Origin: Amoebophrya sp. A120
Taxonomy: Eukaryota; Protista; Dinoflagellata
Assembly (NCBI GenBank): GCA_905178155.1
Contig: CAJINV010000007.1
Span: 2,523,151-2,587,150, forward strand
Length of the DNA: 64,000 bases
Direction: 5' to 3'
Position numbers and translations under genes: made by a program. Within the stretch, counting starts at the first letter, position 1. Each line of letters begins with the position of its first letter. This document shows, one piece after another, positions 37,541 to 50,422 of the stretch. The notes under the pieces were generated by a model. It was not told where the DNA came from and did no database searches. It was given only the letters and a program-made list of their open reading frames with translations.

Positions 37541-38951
37541 CTAGAATTAAAATTATATATTTCTGGTGGGTCGTGCTCGTGAAGAAGCTCTAATAGGTGT
37601 AGCCCTCTAGTTGTGTTCTAATGGAAAAATGGAAAATCTAATAGAGTTCCTATCTTTCTACTACTGATATATAAAGCGAGGAAAGCACAAAGGTGGTGGT
37701 GGACGTCAAAGGAAAGCGACCAGCTATAGCTCTCTGCGGGTTCTTCTCAGAAAGTAAATGTAAATGACGAATCGAGCGAGAACATCAAGAACATACAGCA
37801 ACACCTCCGTCGAAAAAAATAAGATGCCGATAAGCGAATTCGAAAATAAAACCAAAAAAATCTCAAACTCGCGACTCGATGGCGATTTGCTTTTGGTGCT
37901 GCAGCAGGCGACACGACAGACGAAGATCGGATCCGAAAAACGAAGATTTTCATACACTTTGTCGATTTTTGCGGTCCTCAGCACCCACTCTATCACGCTC
38001 GTGCAGCACGACCACGACCAGGCTACGACTCACTGGACTGCATTTGAAGAAGAAGAAAGAAAAAAGATCCGCATAGACTTACTAGAGATGGATCGACACA
38101 CAGCGCAAAAACTGAAATAAACAAACTGAGCTTGTTCATCAGAACTCACTGTACTAGCGCCGCAGGGCCATCATAGATATAGTTTATTTGAACTTAAGTT
38201 GAGTCGAACAGACGAGTATAGCACGGTCATTCTATCTATGATCAATTTCAAGCGGCGCCGGTCCGGTACTTCCAGGAGTCTGCTTGTCGCTGCAGCTTCC
38301 CGGAGAAGAGTGCGCCCTTTCTTGAGTATACCAACCCAGATCAAGAACTAATGCAGGAGTCTCTTCTCTCCTTGTTACTATTAGCCGCACTGGACCCATC
38401 CCGCCCGCTGCTATTTGCGCAAAAATACTTGTTGTACTCCGTCTATTGCTGAAAAAATTGCCTTTTGCTTTTTCTATTCCTGATTCGGTGTGGCCTTTAA
38501 TCAATGAGAATATTAAAAATGGATGGAAAATAAGTATTGAATCCAAATTCGCGAGTTATGTACACATCCGATAGTGGCAATGCCTTTCTTCTTCGTGGCG
38601 TTATTTTTCCCTTAGTTACTAGACAACCCTCGTAAGAACTGGCCGTAGAAGTGTACAGCGTTGACATACAATGGAAAATTTTGTTTCTGACCTAAGGTGG
38701 CCCTTCTGCCAGTTAATAATGCAGATCATTCACGCCTGATAAATACCTGTGAAGATTCCCTTTTCTTTTGATTCTCTCTTTTGTAAAATGAAGTATGTCT
38801 CAGGACTTCTTGTAGCTGCCCGAGACGCCATGTTCGTGTAAAGTTGATTCGACATCGTGACCGTCTTATTGTTTTTAAAAAACTGTTTTAGTTTTATATT
38901 AGTGCGGCAATAATATGCTGGTGGAGACACTATCTGCATGTGCTCCCTCCC

Positions 38952-41697
38952 TTAGTTATCCTGCCCGTGCAAAATCCGTGAGTACTCTGGTTTGACCTTG
39001 CCCAACGTCACGTCCCTTCTGCGGTTGATTGCCGATCGGGCAATCTTGGGGTGTAAGTCGACCGGTTTCCGACGGCCAACCGGCTCGTAATCGCGGAGCA
39101 CTTCGCCTGTCGTTTTGTATGATTTATGATGTTTCGTCGATGAAGATGCGGCTTTTCAAAAAAGCGAAACGCTTTCACTTTGAAACACGTCCATGTGTAA
39201 GTGAAAAAAGTAAAGTGATATGACACCATACGTAGTAGACGGTGAGCGAGCTGTGAGTATTTCACTACACCAAGATAAAGAACGACCGCTTTAGTGTACC
39301 CTTGTAAACTTGGAATGGTCTGTAGATTCTGTTTTCCGGGTCCTGGACCCACTCGGACCAGTGCGCCAGCCACCCGGACAACCGCGGGATCGTAAAGAGA
39401 ACGGTGAACACGTCCGTTGGGATGCCCATGGCCTTGTAAATCAGGCCGGAATAGAAGTCGACGTTTGGGTACAACTTTTTCGACTTGAAGTAGTCGTCCG
39501 AGAGAGCGATCTTCTCCAACTGCATCGCCACGTCAATCAGCGGGTCGGGGCCGGTGAGCGCAAAAACGTCGTCCAGAATCTTGCGGACGACCTTGGCGCG
39601 CGGGTCGTACGACTTGTACACCTGACGAAGATTATTTTGTTCTTTTGCACAACGATTCAACCAACTTGTGATGAGGAGTTGCAGAGCGCTCTGCTGGAAA
39701 TTATTACGCACCGGCATGGAGAATAAAAAATTTACCACCCACGATAAACTTCCCCGTCAGACAAAACTACATATCATGATACGCAATTCGACGAAATATT
39801 ACAGTGTAAAGTCGAAATACAAGAACTGTACCCGATGCCCGAACCCCATCAACTTCGCCTTCTTGTTTTTCACCTTCGCGATAAATTCGTCCACCTTCGA
39901 CACATGCCCAATCGAATCCAGCATCCGCAGCACCGCTTCGTTCGCGCCACCGTGCCTCGGCCCATACAAGGCGCCGCAGGCTCCGGCGATCGCCGTATAG
40001 ACGTCCACGTTGGAGGAGGCCAAGTGGCGCATGGCCGACGTCGAACAGTTCAATTCGTGCTCGGCGTGGAGCAGGAGCAAAACGTCCATCGCCTTCACGA
40101 GCGTCGGGTGTGGTCGATAACTCGGTCCCTCGTTCATCACGTCGAGCATGTAGAGAAAATTCTCCGTGTACCCAAGATTTTCATTTGGCGCCACCATGGG
40201 TCTTCCTAGTCTGTGCCTGTACGCCATGGCGGCGAGCGTGGGGCCGGCGCCGATCACACGGGCGATCTGCTTGTTGCGTACTTCAGCGGACTTGTAGCTG
40301 ATTGTAGTTTTTGTTCACTAGTTGCAAGTTTATGTTTAATATCTTCTTCGTAGTGCGAAGTAGAAGTAGCTAAGGTCATATTCATGTCTTCTTCATCCAA
40401 CGTGAGCGTGAACGTAGCAGCTTGAATTTGAAGTAAAATCAAATAGAGAACTAGATGTCCGCCTCCAGCAACATCTTCTTCTAGGTTGTTCTCAAAAAAA
40501 TACATGTCCTGCCCCGCCAGCGCGGGATTTTGCTCCGGGTAAATCGTGCCCAGAGCCGCAAACGCTGCTGTGATCATCCCCATCGGGTGTGCGTCGTACC
40601 GGAAGGTTGCATGCATTTTCACCAAATCCTCCGACACGTATCACAAGAAAAAGTGTTCACGTTTACGGTCTTCACAGATTGCAGCCATGCATGATCACAA
40701 ATATAGCCCCCTAGTATGCAGGTTATGAATGAGGACAGATTTGGGCACGTTTTGCTTTTGTGATGCATTGCTGCATCACAAGTTCCAACAGTTCCGTAAA
40801 CGTATAAAATTTTTTCTTGTGATAACACGTGCACGTGTTCCATGATCGCCGTGTTCCACGACTTCAGCTGGCTCGCGTCGGGTAGATTTCCGTAATTCAG
40901 CAAATAGGCCACCTCCAGGTAGTTCGACTGGGCGGCTAATTGCTCGATCGGGATGCCGCGGTACCGGAGAATTCCCTTGTCCCCGTCGATGAAGGATATG
41001 GAAGCGTCAGAATTGAAATCGTCAAAGTTGAAATAGAAATAGTTTGTGACGCATATATAAAATGCTAGACGCAAAATGCCTGTCTTGCAGAGCAGGCAAC
41101 TGAGGCCGATTATACTCCTGCTTGGGGTGTGAGATAGAGCTGCTAAAATAGCATGACAAAAGCGGTCTTCTCTGCCCAAACAGCATGACAAATTGGATTT
41201 CCATGCTGCCTAAATTTGTCATGCGCAACTTGCAACCTGGGCTCCAGCTGGTATCGCTTTTTTGCATTACAGATTATTTCAACTTTGATGATTTCGATCC
41301 TGACACTCCCATACAGGAAATACGGGAGATACAGCACGTGGTGTTCATGTACCCCGGATCAAATGTTTTCAACGGGGCGCCGTTTGCGTCTTTCACTTGC
41401 TTCAGATCCGTCGCTTTGATGGTGTTGTTCGTGATGGCGAGCTTGTAGCTGGTGATGTGGGAGTACGTTTGTGATGTTGTCGTGCACTGAAAAAAAAAGC
41501 CAATTTCGAATAACAAAAAAAATGCGGCTGCAGGATTTGTCACGCAGGTCTTCTTATACATCAACCAAAAATCTCAATCTATTATACCTTTTCCCATTCC
41601 TGTTATCCGTGATTGTAATTGTGTCGCCTCCACCTCCGCTGTCCGTCTGGCTCGCTGCGACGACCTGATTCGCGATCCGGTCGACGCGGTGCGCCAT
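38952..41697 (-). CDS. CS: citrate synthase, peroxisomal/glyoxysomal (type II-like), 7 exons
   Basis: [73 protein letters not shown]; GT-AG introns 41449-41587, 40298-40503, 39622-39831, 39107-39299; introners 40992-41313 and 40634-40824; PTS2-like N-terminal RVDRIANQV. Confidence 0.93.
40634..40824. mobile_element. TIR introner, family D (191 nt)
   Basis: TIR tatcacaagaaaaa...acgtttacgg; perfect TSD acacg; joins HVHV-SEDL. Confidence 0.9.
40992..41313. mobile_element. TIR introner, family B (322 nt)
   Basis: 39-nt TIR tatgg.ag.gtcag.at.gaaatc.tcaaagttgaaata; TSD aagga/cagga; restores conserved [10 protein letters not shown]. Confidence 0.92.
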
Positions 41698-41814
41698 CTT
41701 GTCGAGAAAGATCCTGCTTCAGCGTTGTCAATTAGAAGAATATGGGTATTTTTTATTTTTTGGAGGGTGCTATTTTTGCGTACAGCCAGGTGCGGGTTGC
41801 GGAATATTTATATT

Positions 41815-42449
41815 AGAGCGCGGTAACAATTAAATCAACTAACTCGGATCTCCGAGTTAGTGGCCCGGCCGTCCGAATCCGGGCGGCCGGACGACTAACT
41901 CGGGATTGTAAGTGGGAAAGTTTTTCGATATAGCGACGCCGGAGCCGACGACTTCGATCAGAGGCGTGCTTTGAAAACGTCCTGGCAACATATGCAATTC
42001 GTGCGGTTTTGTGCATAATTTTTGCGCTTTCATTAAAAAACGCGCTTCAGTCGGAAAGCGTGTAAAACTGTTGCGCTTCGTAAATGTTAGCTTCACGGCA
42101 GGGAATATTTCGCCATGACAAAACAGGCATCGCCTGCGTTGCAAAGAAAGCGAAAACGTTGCCCCGCCGATTTTCAAAAAAAACCCTAAGAGCACAAATA
42201 ACATGCACAAAAGCACAAATCCGCATAGGGAATTCCGGCAGTCACCGACTGCGCGAGTTGCCTGCTAGCTAGTGGTCGCCACGAGTTTCCCTTACCTGGC
42301 TAGGGAGCTCGTGCGTGGCGACCAGTCTCGGCCGCCCGCAAAACTTTCGCACTTACAGGCCCGAGTTAGTCGTCCGGCCGCCCGGATCCGGACGGCCGGG
42401 CGACTAACTCGGAGATCCGAGTTAGTTGATTTAATTGTTACCGCGCTCT
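41815..42449. mobile_element. intergenic MITE/foldback-like element with ~110-bp TIRs
   Basis: agagcgcggtaacaattaaatcaactaactcggatctccgagttagt... is nearly perfectly inverted at 42340-42449; internal hairpins; no clean TSD. Confidence 0.85.
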
Positions 42450-43021
42450 TATACATAACGGGCCGGGGAGCGCAGTGATCCGGCGAAATGTATATAGTGT
42501 AGTTTGCCAGAGGAAAACTAGGTAAATTTATAAGGTGCAGAACAAACAGCGGACCGAAGAAACGCCTCCCAACCTGCTCTCCTTGCACTCAAGAAAAAAG
42601 AGGACACAAGTGGCATCAGAAAAAAACAAATCGCATAGGGCGTGCTCTCTGCCTCAGGCGTTTTTTTACGTCTTGCAAAAACAAAAAGAAAAACGAAAAG
42701 AATAGTAGAGAATGACTAGCAAAAAGAAACAATTAGGACAAGACAGGTGATGTGGAAGTCGTGACAGTGAACGCAGGCACCAGATGTTTTAGAACGTAGT
42801 AGCGGCGCGAGAAACTGCAGCGCCAGAGGTTGCACTGAAGATCATCTTGTTGTGGCTCTAATTGCAGCACCCCAATACCAGCAGAACGTGAAGCTCTTGT
42901 CTTCACAAGTGTGGTGGTTCTCTGCACCATCGTGTTTTTCTCTGAACGCCCCGCTAGTAGGCTTCTTCGTCACGACCAGATGAAATTTCATCTATTTCAT
43001 CTGCCATAAAAAACATAGTGT

Positions 43022-46000
43022 TTACTTCGCCGGCATCACATACAGATCTTGAATTTCCCGCTCAATAAAGGTCATTCTGTTCCTCTTCAAGTCCCGCAGG
43101 TCTCCGCACTGCTTCCGCCAAATATCCGTGTTGAAATCGTGTTTCAAGTGGATGAATTTCGCATCTTCGTCGAACTTCGATACCCGGATGGAAAGCCATT
43201 CGGGAACTTCCTTTGAAAATTCCACCAGCACGTCCGCGATTGTGTTGACGGAAAAGTCAGACTTGTTGTTCCGCGTGATCTCCTTTATGCCGGCGTGTCA
43301 ACGTTCTCAGACAAAGGACTCTCAAAATTTTTTCAGTAACCAGCGCAGTACCTCGGGACGAGACCTCTCCGAAGGGGTCGCCAAAGTGGTCGCGTGAGAT
43401 AGCTAGTTTGATGCGTTTGGCCCCTCGCGCAATACTTCCAGACTCAGTTAGTGGATTAGCAACGTTCTCAGACACTAAAAATAATGAAGCGCCTCGATTT
43501 ACAACTTTTTCAACCCGCCCTCCAGAGGGTCGAGGTGGCATTTTCGATGCGAGTGGCGTCGTTCGTGTTCGTCAGTGTTCAGAGATCATCCAAGAGCAAC
43601 AGCTTGCTCGGCGGAGCGGGGAGCTAGCTATTTGAATGATATATCTAGTGCACGCGCTCCTTCAAGTAGCATGCAACTCTGAATCTGAAAGTCAAAATAG
43701 GTACCCATAAAAAAATACAAAAATTAAAATAGTTTTATCTTCTACTCCAACTCCAGTACCGAGTTCAAATTTTTTGGGTTTTTTTTTTGTTGAGAACGTT
43801 GACATCGCCATATCCTTCACCAGCTCGTTGTGCGGGACAAAAGTTGGTCGCTGCCGTTGGTCAAAGCTGATTTGGATGAGGGGAAGGATTTCCAGAAGCC
43901 TCGCGAGTCGGTCAGACTCTTTCGCCAATTTTTCCTTTTCCGCAGTCAGCTTCTTCACGCGATTGGCGATCTGTGGTGATCAAATGCAGGCTCGGGTATC
44001 TTCCTGTTTCTTGTTCACTGCAGCTATTCAAACTCATGGATGTTGATCTCATGGTGCGTCTTCACAAAAAAGCAGACCTACGAGTGACAAGTTCTTTAGT
44101 ACCTTCCCCTTGTGCTTCGCTTTCTCCGAGATACTCAGTTTCTTTCCGCTAGCGCTGGAGACTTTCCATGCGCCTTTCTTCGGATCTGGGGTAATGGGCG
44201 CACCGCCGGCCGCCTTGGATGTCTGTTTCGGAAGCTCTGGTCCAGCGAGTTCGGGCAGCTTCGCATGCGGAATGTCTTTGTTCAGGCCGAATTTGCCGAG
44301 ACTGTCGTGATAGTTAGACGTGGATGAAATTCGAAGAAGTTTCGACACCATACACGAGAGACGAGCGCATTTAACCCATAGGTACTACATGCATTTTCGT
44401 TATGCGCGACACCAAAAATCAATGATTAAATACCGCTCAGACACTGTTCTCCATCTCCTGTACAGCACGTCGGGCGTCATGTTTCCCACGCACAGCCGCG
44501 TTTTCGGCGTCTTTGCCTCCGCGGCTGCTGCCGCCCTTGTCTTCTTCAGAATGGAATTCGGTGCGCTGCTACTGCTCGAATAACTGGACGACGAAACATT
44601 CGCACCTTCCTCCACCCCGTCTGTCGCGGCGTCAATTGCGGTGTCCGCCGAGCCTTCGTCGGCTTCCACCTGCGTCTATTCCTTGAAAATTTACCATCCC
44701 CATGACCATTCAGTTTGTCATGCAAAACCTGTACGCAAATCCAAACTCTGTGTTTGTCATGCATACCCGACTGCGCCACTTCAAAAACCTTTGCACCGTT
44801 GCCGCAAGCAGCTCCGGACGCAGGAGATCTAGGGTCAGAACCGCGAAAAACATCGCAAGTATATCTTCATCCCCGGGCACTTTTATTATCTTTTCCTTAC
44901 TTCTCGCTAACACTGTATAAGCTGCAATGCAAAAAGTGGATGGGGAGGGTTAATTTCTAGAGAATAGGGTCAGCACTATGTTTTCGTCCCCGTGGACCAT
45001 TTCCACCCGTTCGTCCCCGTTCGCGGGGACCGCCGGCACCCTTTCCGACCGGAGCAAGTCCTTGGCAACAAACAGAATGCGCTGCAAGCGCGACACCGTC
45101 AACGACCGATTGCAGTCCTTCTCCGCGTCCTTCCGTAAATCTCCAATTTTCGTTCTCCCGCCCCGGATCTGCCGCATCGCGAGCAAGCGGTCGATTGACT
45201 GAAACAGGTGAAGCAGAGATTTCTGCTCGTCATCCAACTGCGGCGGAACGTACTGTCGATTGAGCGCTGTGTTCTTCGAAACCTCGTCTTGTTGTCCGAG
45301 GACCACCTCCGTCACTAACGGCGTCAGCGGCTTCGCCTTCGGCGACCGGATCTCGAGGTGTAACCCCCGCCGAGGACCACCTCCCCCCACTGCAGCTCTC
45401 GGGTTCGGCGACAGCAGCCTGTTTCGTTGCGAGCTTTTCAATTTCGCCACCGCGTCCGCGTGCCTTTGCGCTTCCAAGCTTCCGACGGCGGACTGCCCGC
45501 CGAGAACCTCTGGGTTTGCGGTGAGTATCACGAGAAAAAAGTGTTACAGTTACACATTTGTTAGAGTTTGTTTCTGCATCACAAATTTTCTCTGTGTGGC
45601 AGAGAAAACTTGTAATGCGAAGATCATAAGGGAAAACAGGAAGGAAACGAGGCTCCCAAGCATTTCCTGCATGAGAAAGGTTGTCTGTGTTGCCGGTCTT
45701 GCAACACAATGTGTAACTGTAACACTTTTTTCTTGCGATAGTGAGCTTCCGTCGTTTATTGTCTTTGTCATCCGCCTCGTCCAAATCGAATGACAGCGTC
45801 ATCTTCGTTTTCCCCGCTTCAGCGGATCGTGGCCCGGGAGAGATCAGGTTTTCATTGATGGCGTCTTGCGGGGTTCCGAACCGCTTGGGTGTCGTCTTCC
45901 TCATGCCGCCAAACGGATGCCAGGTATTGCGGAAGGGCGATTTGTTTTTCGAATCTAAGTCTTGCAACGGAGTGTCACCTTTCTTATTCGTTTTTTGTCG

Positions 46001-46108
46001 CTTCGGCGAGTGGTGGGAATCTTGCTCGGGAGAGAGGCGCGAAGATGAATTGATGTCCTGTAGATGTTGTGATTTTAGAGTTGATAGAACAGCAGGAGAT
46101 CGTGTCAT
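43022..46108 (-). CDS. CDT1: DNA replication licensing factor Cdt1-like
   Basis: LLHLFQSIDRLL...RSLTVSRLQRI (Cdt1 middle winged helix) and RLARLLEILPLI...VLVEFSKEVPEWLSI (C-terminal winged helix); S/TP-rich N-terminus; several introns, the junction near 44370-44430 is unresolved. Confidence 0.7.
43291..43804. mobile_element. TIR introner with TGT ends (514 nt)
   Basis: perfect 14-nt TIR tgtcaacgttctca (43296, 43804); removing the element plus 5 nt gives KDMA-SIKEITR in frame; TSD not recognisable; a partial third copy near 43460. Confidence 0.65.
44672..44966. mobile_element. TIR introner with cargo (295 nt)
   Basis: TIR tattccttgaaaatttaccatccccat / rc tattctctagaaattaaccctccccat; TSD gcgtc/gggtc; joins VLT-QVEADEG. 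Confidence 0.85.
45521..45740. mobile_element. TIR introner, family D (220 nt)
   Basis: 33-nt TIR tatc.c.agaaaaaagtgttacagttacacatt; perfect TSD gtgag; joins RKLT-ANPE. Confidence 0.93.
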
Positions 46109-48003
46109 ACTTCGCACGTGTATGAGGAAGTAGAAGAAGTACTGGAAGTTTTCGCTTTTTTTACTAAAACATCCTGATAATACAGCCTAAGCATTTTCGT
46201 GATATTGCAATGAAGAGTTCGAAGCACATGGTGCACTTGTTTGGATGTCGAAAAGACGAGATAACCACCAAAAGCAAAACCTTGTCGTCTTCGGGAGGGC
46301 TGACCACCGCTGCGCCCCGCTTGTGACTCCCCCGCACAACCGCCCTTGCGTTTTATCCTGTGCAAAAGTATCGCATTCGTATAAATGCAAGTCTTGCATT
46401 ACAAATCTACACTACTCTTAAGGTAGATCAGCATTACAAATTTAATTTCTCACGCTGAGGAAATTTGTAATGCATTTATACGAGTGCGATACTTTTGCAG
46501 TTCATACGTTTCCCTGCGACTCAATTTCCGTCACGTCGATCGAGTTCCGGAAAGAGACGCCTTTCTTCTCAGACAAAAGTTGCCGACTCCTGCCTTGTAA
46601 AACGTCGTCGTCCTCGGTACTGTCTTTCGAGGCCTGATTGAATTGAAAATTAGAATTGAACAATTGTCGCATGGATAAGTTGATCAGGAGATCAAGATCA
46701 CTCCAGCACCAGCATGATCTTCGTGCAACCATGCAACGTTTGTTCTTTCCTCGTCAGGCTCAGGGGATCATGAGGACATCGACCGGATGATCAACACCCT
46801 GGCCTTATTGATGTTATAACCACATGGTTCATTCGCTCGACGTTCATGTGCGGCGAAGTGCGCCAGAAGTCCCTATCTACCTTCCTTTTTGGCTTTGCCT
46901 TTTTCCCACTGGTTTTTCGCTCATCCTCCGCGATCGTTTCCAGCTCGTCGGCGTCAAAAACGGCCCCCAGACCGCTATTGAGAGGAAAAATCCCCCCTCC
47001 CCATATCGAAAAGGTATCTTTCCGCAAATTTGTGTTGCTGATTTGAGGCCACAAATCACGTTTGTCTTGCAAGAAGACAAGGGCAGAGGCTTCCGCCCCA
47101 TCATGGACGCGATTTGTCATGCTGTTGGGCCTAAAGGTTAGCCGTTTGCAATGCTGAACAACTAGACCCATACGCCCCTATCAAGCCTGGGGATCTGGCC
47201 GCAATGCCTTCCTGCAATACAAATCTGATTTGTGTACGCAAATCCAGCGTCACAGATCTCGTTTTTGATATGGGGAGGGGGGATCTTTCCTTTTCATAAC
47301 CGCGCTTTTTGTCCCCCGGCGTCAGTGCTCGTTTCGGCGTTGCGAGCTTCTTCTTGCCCTTCCCCTCCTCCTCCTCTTCGTCCGGCGCCCACGTAACCTT
47401 TGCCATCTTTTTCGTTGCGCGCTTCATCTTGTTTCCCGACTTTGAGGACGGCGGCTGCTGGTCCTCGTCCTCTTGAGTAGGCTGCTTTTTGTCCTTCGAG
47501 CCCGGAGCACTTTTGCCTTTCTTGGAGGCTCCTGCCTGTCCCGGCGTAGGTGTGGCTGGAGGTATTTTCTTATTTGCCGCGACCACTCCGCCCCGGGAAG
47601 AGGCAGAGGGGGACAGCAGGTGGGCTGCTGCGGCGGGAACTTCAACTTCTGCAGTAGATTTGCTACAATTCTTAATATTCTTGGCCTGCTGCTGGAGTGT
47701 TTTCCCAGTCTCATCTTCGCTCGTGAAGACGTCGTTAGAAATCTGGATTGCAACTTTCTTCGCTGAAGAGCTGGTGCTACCTCCCGCCGCGGCGCCGCTG
47801 AATGACGACGATGAGGCTGAAATATTACTGCTCCGGCCAGGTCGGTTTTTGTCCTCCGCGAAAAGTCGCGCGAGGCCGGGTTTTACGACGCTCTCCTGGT
47901 ACAGGTCGGATAGCCCGGCCTGCTCCGCCACCTTGAGCTGCGCGAGCTTCTTCTGTTCAGCTTCGACCTTCAGCTCGAGAGCGGTTTTCTTTCCGCGGGC
48001 CAT
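46105..48003 (-). CDS. hypothetical Lys/Ser-rich protein, multi-exon
   Basis: ORF 47131-48003 joins 46791-47171 across introner 47023-47236 (LDLR-KDTF); downstream exons flank introner 46349-46506; 3' end uncertain. Confidence 0.45.
46349..46506. mobile_element. TIR introner, family C (158 nt)
   Basis: 36-nt TIR tat....tgcaaaagtatcgca.tcgtataaatgca; perfect TSD cgttt. Confidence 0.9.
47023..47236. mobile_element. introner-like non-canonical intron (214 nt)
   Basis: direct repeat cgcaaat; short IR atttgt.ttgc; internal tttgtcatgc; removal restores frame. Confidence 0.6.
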
Positions 48004-48877
48004 CTTCTTGGATGTTTGTTAGCTTACGTATACGTTTCTTATGTTGTGATTGTGTAAATCAAGAAAGTAAAAATTTGCGACTTTGAGCGGGAAACAACCG
48101 TCTTCTGTTGCCTCCACTAGACGATCACCGTGCGTCATAAGAAACTAACTATCAGGGTGGTGGTCGCACAAGGAGCTTTTGGTACCGCAAACGCACAAAC
48201 ATAGAAAACAAATAGAAGCAGAAATCTTGCAAATATCTTCGGAAACACGAACCGAAGAGAAAGGAGACAACTTTGCAAGGTAGCTATCCTCAAAGAGAAA
48301 GGCGATTGCAAACTAGAGCCGCGCACGGTACCTCTCAACACAGCTTACCGCCAGAACGTACCCCAACAACAACATCAACTCGCTAGTACTTGTACCATTA
48401 ATCACATACACGTTCATATTTCAGCTTCGTCAGTATCCGCTCGCAAGAATGCTGCAATCACATCTGCAGCAAAGACGCACAGCGAGGCTGTGGCAGCTGC
48501 CTTCCTTCACAATCGAAGTATGCGCCGACCTAGCGCTGTGGTTTGGTGTGATATTGCCGCGTAAAAGTTCTTGTGAAGACAACAACTCAGTAGATCGCAA
48601 ATCGTCCACTTCATCAGTATCTTTCCTCTTTACACCCAGGGCTTTGTGACGGGCTGACAATCCATAACCTTTACCTCGTTTTCTTTCCGGTTTTGTTCTA
48701 CTTACTTCTAGAGTCACGGAATTATTTATAACCACAAGTTTGGAGGCCGGTTTCGGTTATGATGCTCAACATAAAATCTTCATCTTCAAAAAGTGATCGT
48801 ATCCTCTAAGAATAGTTTTTCGGTCGCTCATAAGTACAAGAACGAACTCGTCTCTGATCTGTACAACTTTTTCAAAG

Positions 48878-49703
48878 CTACAAGTTCTGATTCTGCGTGC
48901 TCATTCTCCGCATGATGTCTGGATGCTCGGAATTCACGTACTCCGCTAACATCAAGTACACCGAGTTCTCCAGCATCTTCTCCGGCGCCGGTTTCTGGGC
49001 GGAGAGCCAGTGAAACAAGTCCGGATTGTCGACTTCTAGAATCTCCTCGAACAGCACACACTCCTCCTCGGTATCAACTGCAAATAACGCGTCTGGGTCT
49101 GGAAGATTGATGCAGCCATTTGTGATCATGCAGTGTCTGCGTAACCCAGAAGGTGTGGCATGCGAGTCTCAGCATCACAGGTTTCGAGCAGGTTTCCGTT
49201 TCTCAATGCCTAATCCGCATCACAAATCGTCCCTTCTTTCGATGACAAGGAAATGGCCGAGGTTTGCCGCCCATGCGTGCATGACAGATTTTTCTATCTA
49301 TGATCTAGATCTAAAAGTAAAATGCGCATCACAAGTTGCATCTTTGTCTTTCGTCCAGACCCAGAAGAGATGATATTTGCAGTCCATACTCGGTCAGATT
49401 CGCCAAGTGCTTCTGCGCAAATGTCCCGAGCAACCAGTCCAACTCCAACCACCCGCGTTGCTTCGCGCGCCAGGATAAACCCTTGCGCCGGGCGTCGTTC
49501 AAGTCGATTTCCTTTTCCGGTTTCAGAAACTTTGTCTCGGTTTGTTTCGCTGCGGCGGGAGCCGCTGCGGAGGAGAAGTTGCGAGGGACCACGACGAATG
49601 TGAAGACGGAATAAAGTTGTCGTGCTCCTGTGGCTGAGGTAGCTTGATGCGGACGGAAGAGTCCTCGCCCGGCACGGGAAAGCTGTTGAGACGCTGCTCT
49701 CAT
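48878..49703 (-). CDS. SDHAF2: succinate dehydrogenase assembly factor 2 (Sdh5 flavinylation factor), 2 exons
   Basis: mitochondrial-transit-like N-terminus; RKGLSWRAKQRGWLELDWLLGTFA and ILEVDNPDLFHW; NLTE-EECV restored by removing 49067-49388. Confidence 0.9.
49067..49388. mobile_element. TIR introner, family A (322 nt)
   Basis: TIR tat..actgcaaata with gtctgggtctgga core; perfect TSD ctcgg. Confidence 0.9.
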
Positions 49704-50422
49704 TTCTTTGGAGGTAGTGATACTGAAGGTCGTGATGGAATTTTTGCCCGGTATTAAGGGACCGCAGGGTAGATTTTTAGGTAAATCTATTATGCGCAAA
49801 ATGCGCAGCTAGTATTGCTATTCCTGCTGTTCTCAAATAATCAGTGGGGAGATGGGCAGCAGCGGCTACTGAGTCACACTCACATGGATGCTGGGGTGAG
49901 TAATTATGATGGCACACACACAAATGTCCGTCGTACGGTACAGTCACAGTCAGAAGTGAATGAATGACAAAGGAAGGACCGTGGCTCAGTTGTTATTTCA
50001 CTATCGCTCCAGCAGCATGTGGGCCACACCAAACATTAGCTGCAACAGCTTGGGTATCTCCTCCGCTGTCAAGGAGGTTGATCTAAACATTTCTTTTATT
50101 GCTCGTCCCTTCTCATCATCAACGCACATGATCTACTTTTGAAAACCGATACTGATTCACCGAAGGAGGCGAAGAACTTCTCACTGCATACAAAGAGAAC
50201 ATCCTCGTCAAGAACTTCAACCGATCTTGTATCTGCTCCTTACTCGCGCACTTTATCTCGCAAACGCAGGCGCTCTTGAAGTGTACTTTTTACAAGAACA
50301 AGTCTGTCAATTTGCGTTGCATGCGTTGTCGGAGTCGGACGACGTGAATTCAGATCATCATGCAGAGAGAATTTTGAGATTGCGTGCGTGTTTTTTTCAA
50401 AAACTTTCCTCGTGGTCCACTT

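Noticed and set aside
46100-46110. Overlapping stop/start (ATGA) between the upstream gene and Cdt1
   Set aside because: Depends on an unverified last intron; the two could instead be one gene.
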